Below are positions 53,001-64,000 of a stretch of DNA of 64,000 nt, one piece after another. Within the stretch, counting starts at the first letter, position 1. The number at the start of each line of letters is the position of its first letter. The notes beneath the pieces are model-generated. The model saw only the letters and a program-made list of their open reading frames with translations, was not told the DNA's origin and searched no databases. This DNA comes from Auanema rhodensis. Taxonomy: Eukaryota; Animalia; Nematoda. The stretch spans positions 8,866,001-8,930,000 of the forward strand of contig OZ059898.1 in NCBI GenBank assembly GCA_964057225.1, given 5' to 3'. The position numbers and the translations under genes are program-made.

Positions 53001-56000
53001 TAATTATTTAGTTCTTGAGTTTATTTTTATAAATATTTCATATCTGCTAATATTTCGGGCATTCCTTGAAGCATCTTCTCATAACTTGAATTCTTATTAT
53101 ATTCTAAATGTACTTCTGTTTTTACTCTAGTTTCGTTGTGAAACCATTTATTTTATAACAACAATATAATAATTTACATTTTCTGTCTTTGTATATACAT
53201 CAGTTATTTCATGTATTCTATATAAAAAAAGTCAGTTTTCTTTAATATAATTTTTCCTCTTCTTCAGTTAGATTAATTTTATTTTTTTTCACAACTCGAA
53301 CTAGCAGTTTCTCTACACTCTTATCTTTTCGTCTTGTCTTTTCACTGTGCTTACAATTAAATTAGCATATTTTGTCTGTTGCAGATTGATCGAGCAGGAG
53401 TCTCCCGTCTGCTTTCCCTAGTTTACTCCTGATGATGGCAGACTAGAAAACGGGACTCTCGCATAGTGAAATGAAAGAAATTCCTAAATATTCTCTGCAA
53501 TACCATTAACAATTTTTCACGTGAAACCAAATCACGCTAATATCGTCTAAACCATCTGGTTAAGCAGTACGTCATTTTCTAATTTTTCTTCTTTTCTTTT
53601 TTTATAAAATGTTCGATTTTTCATTCAATTTCTTTAAGCTTTGACAAGTAATATGTAAAATCTTTTTATTCGATTTTTAAAGGTTTTTTGTTTTTATCTA
53701 AAAGAAGTTCCATTGGTTTATACAATTATTTATTTATGTATTTTACCGTCAGATAGAGTACATCAGCTTTCCTTTACGAAAACAATATTTCGTACTGTGA
53801 AAGGCGTGCTTGTTCTATTTTGATTCATCCAAACTTCTGGTTTCCAACCCGCCTTCTACTTTCTCTATAGTAGTTACCGTCCTTAAGGTGTTTCTTATCT
53901 AGTCCTATAGCTATCATAATGATTCAGAAACTACCAGCTTTTATCGATCAATCAAATTTCTTTATATATAAATAGTTATGCAATTGATTTCTAGAACAAT
54001 TTATTAGTTTATTTTGAAATTGTCTAAATATAAGCTCCAAAATGTTCTTATTATCCATTATTTTGTTTTTTCGGAAGCTTTCTTTTAGGAAATTGAATTG
54101 GAGCGTATATTTTTATTTACTATTTATTTATCACGATAAAAATAGATAACATGATCACAATTACTTCATATGCTTCTATAACGTTAACCATTCTCTAAAT
54201 GCTTAAATAACTATATAAGTAAATATTGTTATTAACATATTTAATATTCTCACTTATATTTCAATCAATGACTGTTCATATTTTCCTGAGAAATAATGTT
54301 TCTATGTCGTGTCAACTTTCTACTTCAGCATTTATATTCTGTTTTCATATTTCTCTTATAAATTTCTCTACTTCACGTGTAGCTGGGATCAAATATCGTC
54401 ATTCCACACGATGCCCTTCTAGAATTATCGCCTTGATATATTTGTCTATACAGCTTATAATACATTGTCATTACTAACTCCTTAGCACGTCAATTGTATG
54501 CATAGATCGTTTTCATTTCAACATATTTTTGGAAAGAAAATAAGACGATGGTCGAAGTGTGATATCGCCTATTTGAGATATGATATTATGCTGCTGCTAT
54601 CTAATCGTTTCATAATATGCATGCGAGAGGCTATTCATATCAAAATACAATGAAAAGCTCAAACACCCTAATAACCTTTGGAATATAGGCAAAGCAGATG
54701 AATCAACTGTAGATGATAGAAAGAGAGTGAGCATGACTATGTCATAGATCATTTGCATATCCTGCTGAGGACACAGAGTACTCATGCAGGATATAAAGCA
54801 ATATTGCTCAGTTTTTATAGACATATTGTCTCCTTCTCTTTCTAATAATCATATTCTCAATCTAATAAAGAGTATTAGATTTTGACATTTATGGAATTTC
54901 AGTACAAAATTTGATGAATTATGTTACGAACGACAATACTCTAGTCGATTCATCTTTATGTTTTTTTGTTATTTGCCAAATAAGTTCTCTCACTTAATAT
55001 TATACGAATTATTAATTATTTCAATTTATTATTCTTTGAATGAATTGGACCTAGATCATTCTAGTATGACCCTTAGATGCATTTAAGTGAGATGTATCGA
55101 CACTTTGCTAGGAGTAACATAAAGTAAGAAAGAGTGAGAAGCGGATAAAGTTTGCTAAAATTGAAGACGACAATGTAGACGAGAAAAACTTTATTCTTCA
55201 CTCTATCCACTATGGCCATCACATCTACTTTCGCTCTGCCGCTAAAATATATCTTGCCTAAAGCTGTTAGCATTTTCTTGACAACGTTGTTACGAACCCT
55301 ACTTGTACGTAAAAATTATGTTCTTCGTTTCAAAATTAATGTCTGAATTTCTATAAAACAACTATTGGTATACTACTATAATTATTTGATGAAATAATAC
55401 TGGAAACACAAACAAGTAGTTAAAATTCAACAAAGAAAAGTTTGATCATTACTAATGGGTGAATATAAGATTCTTTTATTTATATGCATGCACATGTACT
55501 ATAATAAAAAATGAAAGTAAGAATAAAAACGAGATAGAGATAAATTTGGGAAAAAAAGGCGTCAGAGTCATGAAATAATGTAATTTGTAGTCTAGACTAT
55601 CCACTCACTTTTTGGCTATCTACATGTCTGTCCACGTCTTTTATTTTGTGTTCATAGCTTCTCTCTTCAATTTTCCTTTATTCGCATTGTGCTGCTTTTT
55701 AAATATATTTTCAGTGTTTTTCAGTTAGTCTTGTCATATAGTTTATTATACTTATATATCAAATATATATCAAATCATAACTACATATTTTCTTTTTTGA
55801 TCGCAGAATAAATTTGAATATTGAATATGTTTGTAAGAACAGATCATTTTTTTAGTTAAACTCATGATCTGCGTTTTAAACAGTTAACATTACTTTGATA
55901 TTCTAAAAATAGTTTTACTTTTTAACCAGATCAAGAAAGAATTGGAAATATATTTCTTTAATATTTCTTTATCCTAGTTTTTTGAATGAAACTAAAAGAA

Positions 56001-59000
56001 ATACCCAAGGTGTCTAAACCCGCTGCAAACGAAATAGATTGGTTTTTGGAATTCTTTTAAACCTCATTCGCTGTTTTCAAATCAGTTTTGTTCCTAATTT
56101 TCTGTTCATTTTGTTTTTTTTTTTGAGCTTCTTCTAGAAAATAAGAAGAAAAGGTCGTTGACAATTTTAATGAAAATGATGATAGAAAAAATAAAAAACG
56201 CTAATACCAGAAGTATGTTGTTGTATTATGATGGCATGTTGGGAGTAATATATAAATATTATTCCTTACTCATATTGGACGCTTTTGTACTTTTTAATTT
56301 GTATTTTATGCTCAACCTTTTTCTCTATATTGCTTTTCTGACCTTAAACAACCAGCTGTCAGCGTTGTTCAGCATCCGGATCCTCTTCTCTTTCTCATCT
56401 TCATCATATGTCGCCCTCATCCTTTTCTTGTTCTTGTTCTTATCGTCCTTCTCCTCCCCCTCCTGATCCTTCTACTTCTTCTCCTTCCTCTTCTGTACCT
56501 TCTTATCTCCTTCGTAACCACACGGCTCATTTAGAATAAGGCTAATCATGTATTCATTTTATGGTATTTCATCTGTGTTCTGTCGACTGCTAAAGCAATA
56601 TCAACGCCTGTTCAACTTTCTCTTACTCACGAACAAGTTTCACTTTCCTCTCTTGCCTTTCTCGTCGGTGTTTGGTCATCAATGAAAAAGTTGTTGTGTG
56701 CAGAGCACTCTTCTTCTGAAGTTGCTTAACCTTCCCAATACGCCACTAACTGACAGTAGGCTTTCATCTTTTTCGAATTGACTTTCTGAATTTGAAGATG
56801 AATAAAATGCTAATTAATGTGTGTATGCGTATTGTTTATCGATTTCTTTACATTGTTTTCAGTTTGTTTTGAAACCTCCAAACCTGATCATATCTTAAAT
56901 TAATACTTCCGCTCCCACATGAAATCGTCATGCATTATAAGAAAGCCACCAATATTTAACTATATTTAATATATTTTTTGAATAAGATTAAATTTGTTCT
57001 TCAATAATTGATATTATTTACTCTTCAGCATTTCTTTCATATATGTAGAATTAATTCTGGAAAGTTTATATCTAATAGTATTATAAGTATATTTATGTGT
57101 TGTGAGCTCATGATGATTTTCTAAGATTCTCTTTAGAACTTTTGCATTTCTACATTTTTTAAACGACTCAACCTTGAAATTAGCTGAGAAAAAACATTCG
57201 TCTTATTAGTTTCTTCAGATCTTCGACTCATCCTTTGCAGCTCTTATTTTTCGATGTATACTAATGCATACGCGTTTTTCTTTAGCTTCGTGTCTTTTTT
57301 TATTTTTGCCTTTGTATGTGAATATATTTGGATGCCGATGATGTAGTTATTGAGCCCAGCATTTGCTGTTGTCTTCTCCCTTCCTTTTCACTCTTTGAAA
57401 ATGATAAGCTCTATATGCTATGAATGTGCAAAAGTATTTCTCTAATTTCGTTGCCAGTTACTTTTTTTTAAGTGTATGTCTCCTGTACCTTGCAAGAAGT
57501 TTTTATGTTAGATTGTTTTCTAGAGCTTCGATTTTACTCAGTATTATGCTGCGAGTAATGAGAATCTTGAAATAGTTTATATGTTATATAAGTCTTCTGT
57601 CCTTGTCTCTCTCTTTCTATCTTCATATCTTTGTTTGTTTGCTTTAATTTCAGTTATACCTTATTTCTTCCCACGGTTTCTTTATCTTTTTTTTCGTCTA
57701 TCTCTCACCACAGTATGTTGTATGATCCATTACAAGTTTGTGTACTGTTTTCTCTGGGGGGTTATATGAGTTTTTTTTCCGAATAAATGTTGTAGTCTGT
57801 TCTGAACCTTTGCATATCTTATATCTTGCCAAAAGCAAAATTATTTTAGCTGTTTTTTCTTTTTCCTCGTTTATCTTTGCACTTTTCATGAAACATATTT
57901 TGTACTATGAAGCAATAACTTGAGCTAGTTCGTTTTACACAAACATATATGATAAGTGTGAATCACAGCTCTTATTACTATGATAATCATATATGCTTTT
58001 CTTGATCAACATCGTTTCGTCATCTATATAATTATATTCTACTCTCATATCGTTTACTCGTCTATCTTTTCATTCAGTTCATTTGTTGTACTTTGAACAC
58101 CCCCTTATGTGCATAGGAATTTTCTTTTCTACATAATATATTTGCTTTTTTTTCTTTTCCTTAATTTTTTTTGTTTTTATTCCAGAGCGATGTTATAAAG
58201 TGTGCGTGGCCTTTTTAATCACATTCTTTTAACAAATTATTTTTTTCGTGTAGGGAACTGCGTTATCATGTATAACCTGACCTTTCCTGTGAGCCTTTTT
58301 TTTCATTCAATATGTGCTGAAATAGAAGAGAAAAGAGTCGCAGAGAAAGCGACTCATCTGCATTTTTTATTCCCTTCATGTCTATTCTATTTTATGCCCA
58401 TGTATTGTCATTGAAGAGATATATCCGCCAGATGAACACTCTGACTCATATTCTCTTTCATTTTGTTCCCACAAAGCACTTTATGGTCTTAATTTAAGTC
58501 TGTTTATGTGTATGTATATAAATAAATAAATATAAATAATATTATATATATATATATTTATATTTAGATATAATTTATTTACTACGTATATTTTTTTAAT
58601 ATATTGGATTCCACGAACAATGTCTCTAGTAATATGATCGTATGTTTACATGCTTTCTTATCATTTTAATATACTCTATCTATCAATTTCTTTCCTCTGA
58701 TCAACTTTTTCTTTTTCCAAAGTCATTTAGTCATAAATCGAAAATGAGCTTTCTTTATTCACTAATGTTCAAGAAACAATGAAAAGTGATGATATACATG
58801 CTTGCTCATAGCCATTGTGATTCTTTTTATATGGCCATTTTCAGTTGTTATCCATTTATATTTCGCAAGAAGAATGTCATAATTTCTTTTGTCACTTTTC
58901 TTAAATATCTTACGTTATCAGTTTCTAAATAAAACTTCTATATGTGTTCTTATCCTTTGACTTAACTTACTTAGATTAGTTCTTAATCTTAATAGGCATT

Positions 59001-59998
59001 CTTATTAATTTCAATATATTTTCAACCATATCAAATTTTCATACATTTTCTTATTTTCTAGTGCTAACCACAGAAAGTAAGCGATTTCTATTCTTTCCTG
59101 TTCTCGAGCTTTGAAGTACGATTTTTCTCTTCTCGCCTTTCAATTTCCGCACACAGACGATTTTTCTATCTCCCCTTTTAAGCGTAGTGCCATCTTCTAT
59201 CTTTCTCAACACTTCTCTCTTTATTTCTCAATATAAATGTACTGCTTGCAAGCCCTTTCTATATCAATTTCTCTATATTGTTTATTGTATATAATAAGTT
59301 CCAAATATCTATTTATATTTTGATATATTACTTACTTATCATTGTATAATTAAAATATAATTTTATAGTTTTCATTCTCAATTGTTTTCTCATTATTACA
59401 CCTTGTTAGAATATAGTTAGGTTTTCATAAATTTCTAATTGTTATCTTATTCTTGCTTTCTTGCTGCTCATTGTTTTATGATTTCTTCTTGATTAATTTC
59501 ATGCTCACTTTTCCTCTATCTAGTTCATATGTTTTGCGATATAGTATTGTTGTATTGTCGTGTTCCTTCATTTGCCAGGGGGTAGTTTTTTTCTGTGCTA
59601 TGAAGCCTTCCTCCTTTCGTTTTCTAAATGATCCAGATCTTCAAATAGAGTTTGTCTTCTCTCTCATCTTTTGTTTTCAAAATGAGCGTGAGTCTAGTCC
59701 TTTAGTTATTTGAACCCATCGCCTTTGTGGCCAGTCAAATTTCATTCGATGTCTTGTTTCTGTTTTTTTTTGTTTCGTTCTCGTTGTCATCATCCGCTTT
59801 TTCTTCGTTTTTTCCTCATGCATTTGTATGTTACGTGCTCCTTGTTCTTCTTTCAATCATATACTGATGCCGATAGATTTTGATTTCATCTTATTGTTTT
59901 CAGCTTTTTCTATTCATGTGGTAATAGCAAGTGATTTCTCCATCTATTGACTCCATTAATTATATTATTTATTCTTTGTCATTCATATTTATATGAAA

Positions 59999-62900
59999 AT
60001 GGCAGTAGCAGATGATTGCGCAAAAGTTAAAGTTGCTGTTCGGGTTCGACCCTTCAATAAGAGAGGTAAGATCACTTTCTTTTCATATTTTTATAATGAG
60101 ATAGCTAATGATTAGTGTGAAATTAAAATGATTATTCTTTTCAAAATGTTGTACTCATATTTGATCAGAAATGTTGATAGAAAACCACCTATCCCATCAT
60201 TGAGCAGTTTGAAACGAGCGTATTGAGGCAGCCATCAACAATTCTTCCGTTTTGCCGATTTCTGCAAAATTTATTCATTTCCGAATAAGATCGTACTTTT
60301 CTCTATTAAGTCGTCAATTGCCTTCAGTGATACAATTCAAATCGGAAAATGAAGCGAACAAGATGAAAATGAGAAGAAACCGCACCAAATAGAGAAGAAG
60401 TAGAAAATGAATGAAAATGGTTACTAGAATAAGAAATAGTTGAAGTTTAAAAGTGTCGTCTATTGTTTCATTCATTTGTTGGACTGTTTCATGACTGACT
60501 TCCATTTGAAGACTAAGGCTTATGTGTTAGCGCACTACTCATCAATGTTTGTCTTTTTGGTTCAATTAGACATTAATGGCATCATTAATCCTAAATAATG
60601 CTTCTATTTATTTGGTTGATATAAACATATATGTAGACATTGATGTAGCCTTTTTAATGAGAAATTGATTAAGTGGCAAATATAGTTCAATGTTTACCTG
60701 TATGTAATGTGAAAGAAGTAAGAAAACATAAATGAGCTGTTTTTAATCAAAATGAATAATCCGTTTACGAAATTTTATTTTCAGAAATAGATTTAAAAAC
60801 CAAAGGAGTCGTGCGTATGTGCAATGGACAAACTATATTAGAACCATGTTCGGATGAGTATGTTATATATTTGCATTATATAATATTCAAATGTTTTTTT
60901 ATTTATAGTAAACAAGTCAAGACATTTGCATTTGATCATTCATTTTATTCGCAAGATTTTGATGCTCCTAATTATGCCAGTACGTATGAGATTTGTTTTT
61001 GTTAAATAGAAATTCTGGAATGAAGAATTCTATTTCCTAAACAGGAAGTATGAACTTGCATTGAAAATTTCAGGTCAAGAAGAAGTCTTTCATCATCTTG
61101 GAACAGGCGTTTTGGAAAATGCCTTTTCAGGATATAATGCATGCATTTTTGCTTATGGGCAGACGGGTACATCAATTGTTTGTTGTTTTCACATTCAACT
61201 TTTTTTCTTTTTCAAGGTTCTGGTAAATCGTATTCCATGATGGGAACAGCTGATCAGCCAGGAATTATTCCGCGTTTATGTAATGAAGTGTTTAGAAGGA
61301 TAGAAGAAACTTCTTGCGAAACTCATCAATATAAAGTAGAAGTTTCTTACATGGAAATCTATAACGAACGTGTTAGAGATTTACTGGACCCAAAAAAGTA
61401 TGTGAAAATATTTAGTTGATTTCTCAGATAACAAATATCTTTAAAGATCCAATAAACATCTTAAAGTTCGCGAACACAAAATTCTTGGCCCAATGGTTGA
61501 CGGTTTATCGGTTTTAGCTGTTTCTTCTGCTGAGGTTCTTCCTATTTTCTCTTAACTTTTTTCACAAATGTTGATTATTTAGCAAATTGCCTGCCTGATC
61601 GAAGAAGGAAATAAGTCGCGAACAGTAGCAGCTACTAATATGAATGCCGAAAGTTCTCGCTCACATGCTGTGTTCAATATAACTATTACTCAAATATTAA
61701 AAGATGATACTAGTGATGTACTATTTTTCTTATTTTTCAGTTTTTTATTTAATCTTTTAGTTTTCCGGAGAGAAAGTATCAAAAATATCTCTAGTTGATT
61801 TGGCTGGTAGTGAAAGAGCTGGAAAGACTGGAGCCATGGGCAAAAGATTAGAAGAAGGAGGAAATATTAACAAGTAAGTAAAGGGAATGTACTTTTTGGA
61901 GATATTGAGAGCAAATATTTATTCGATTCTATCATGTTTATATATTATTCTATATTGCTAAATATTTTTCAGATCTCTAACTACATTGGGTATGGTGATA
62001 TCAGCATTAGCCGAAAGATCGAACGGCAAAAAAGAGAAGTTCATACCTTATCGTGATTCTGTTCTCACATGGTAGCTTTTATACTGAGTTTTCTCTTTTA
62101 GCTTATTTTTCCAGGCTTCTGAAAGATAATTTGGGTGGAAATTCCAGAACTGTTATGATTGCCACAGTATCTCCTGCCGGCGATAACTATGAAGAAACAT
62201 TATCAACTCTCAGGTATGATTGTGTTCTGACAAGATTATTTACCTCAATTCCAGATATGCTGATCGTGCTAAGAAAATTGTTAACCATGCAGTTGTTAAT
62301 GAGGTTAGTTTTCGTAATTTCCACCAACATTCCCCTATCCCTCCCCCTGGGGTTCCAATTCGTGTCACCATACTTACAACAGCAAAATCGCCGGATGTCA
62401 TACATCTCATGAGAATTCATTGGAAAATTGAATGTCACGATCACTATAGGTTTTATTGTCAAATAAAGCTCAATATTAGGGTATTAATTTGAAATTTTGA
62501 TGATACAGAACTATGTTTTGTTGGACCCAGCTAAGAAAGGCACAATAAAAAGAAAGGGATCATTTTATATTTGGATGATGTTGCAAAACTAGCTATGATT
62601 ACCACTCAAACCTATCATAAGAGTTTATAAAATAACTATTTTTTACACTAAATATTCCAGGATCCAAATGCTAGAGTTATTCGTGAACTTCGGGAAGAAG
62701 TTGAGACATTGCGTCTTCAAATCAATCAGACACTTAAAGAGCAATCTGTAAGTGCTTTGTCCTATACTTACTTTTAATGGAACATCAATTTGATAGGAAA
62801 CCGAAGAACTTCGTGAACGCTTAGCTGAAAGTGAACGACTTGTGGCTCAAATGAACAAGTCTTGGGAAGAACGATTGAAGGAAACTGATACATTGAACAA

Positions 62901-64000
62901 GGTTTGTCTCCCATTTCTTTGTTGCGTGAAACTTTATAACTATAGGAACGACAACGAGATCTTGCTGATATTGGTATATCTATTGAATCCAGTGGCATAA
63001 AAGTTGAAAAGGATAGATTCTACCTTGTAAATCTTAATGCAGATCCCTCCTTGAATGAACTTCTGGTGTATTATATCAATGTAGTTTCATTATTATATTA
63101 GCAATATATACATCTTCATAATTTTCAGGGAACGGGTATTATTGGCAATTTAGATGATTTTGAAACTAGTCAAGATTCTGGCCTCGGAACCTCTATGTAT
63201 GACATTGATAAAAAGGATCAGGAACGCACTTCAATTATTCTGCGAGGACTAGGAGTTATGAGAGAGCATGCTAAGCTAACTATCAGCGAAGAAAGTGGAA
63301 GACAACGAATGTATGTCGAACCTCTTTGTCCAAATGCTAGGTAAAAAAAAAGCACAACTCTTACAGGATATGTACTTTTCTTTTAGAATTTGTGTAAATG
63401 GAAGGCAAATTTCTGAGAAAACATTGCTCAGACATGGTAATCGTTTGCTAATTGGAATGAATCATTTCTTCAAAGTCAATTGCCCTAAAGTAATATTATG
63501 ACAAGTTTTGTGATAACATACGTTTGTTTTCAGGAATTAGATCAAATGGCTCAGTCAGTCATGGATGATGGCGTGCTTTTTGATTATGATGATGCTTGGC
63601 ATGAAGTTAATGGCGATGGATCTAATCCCATTTCATCTGCTGTTGATCAGTACATGGAACAAGTTACCCTGAAACATCAAGAAGATAAGAAAGCTGCTCT
63701 TGAGCAGCAATACGAAGCTTTTGAGCGTTATATACAGAGTTTGACTGCTGGAGGGTAATTGGTTGTGAAAATTATAAAACCTGATACCATGCACTTGCAG
63801 ATTCACTCCGTCAACTCCAATGACTCCAGCTTTCGGATTTGGTGCAACTCCCTTAGCTACTCCTGCAACAGGTTTACCACCATTCCCTTTCCCAGCTAAT
63901 CCGAAACAGAGTGTTCGCAGTAAATTTTTTTATTGGGCTCAGAGAAAGTTCGTATCTGTTTATATCATAGTTTTATTATGTTTGTTTAGGGAAGAACTTT
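59999..64000 (+). CDS. klp-4: Kinesin-3 motor KIF13-type (5' part; continues past window)
   Basis: [23 protein letters not shown] (in-frame ATG also at 59993); P-loop FAYGQTGSGKS; switch [12 protein letters not shown]; switch [11 protein letters not shown]; [23 protein letters not shown]; neck [20 protein letters not shown]; FHA region [18 protein letters not shown]...[15 protein letters not shown]. Confidence 0.95.

Noticed and set aside
56380-56515. Pyrimidine-rich triplet-like tract that reads as Lys/Glu/Asp-rich on the minus strand
   Set aside because: Contains an in-frame stop and no splice context; simple low-complexity DNA.
1-64000. Prokaryotic systems (CRISPR, defence islands), tRNA/rRNA genes
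   Set aside because: Sequence is intron-rich nematode DNA; no repeat-spacer array or tRNA/rRNA signature was seen (GGTTCG matches fall inside coding exons).

Overview
AT-rich eukaryotic genomic DNA from a nematode, probably a rhabditid (clade V). Evidence: introns of about 45-55 nt with TTTCAG/TTTTAG acceptors, operon-like spacing, and C. elegans-like proteins. Gene order: (1) the 3' half of a thioester-protein (A2M/complement) family gene with a complement-C3-like anchor + C345C/NTR C-terminus, no GCGEQ thioester and several furin sites (+, to 4077); (2) a ~390-bp MITE-like inverted-repeat element; (3) complete alpha-spectrin spc-1 (-), with a candidate 15-nt in-frame microexon; (4) two probable trans-spliced operons on the - strand, tsen-34 > lsm-2 and emc-6 > gcc-1; (5) a small MGC-start C1orf21/DUF4612-family gene missed by the ORF track; (6) a convergent pair encoding a 4-TM protein and a small Shisa-like Cys-rich membrane protein; (7) a ~19-kb gene-poor stretch; (8) the 5' part of kinesin-3 klp-4/KIF13 (+, runs off the window). 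All gene models were spliced by hand and family calls rest on recalled motifs; no database searches were run.
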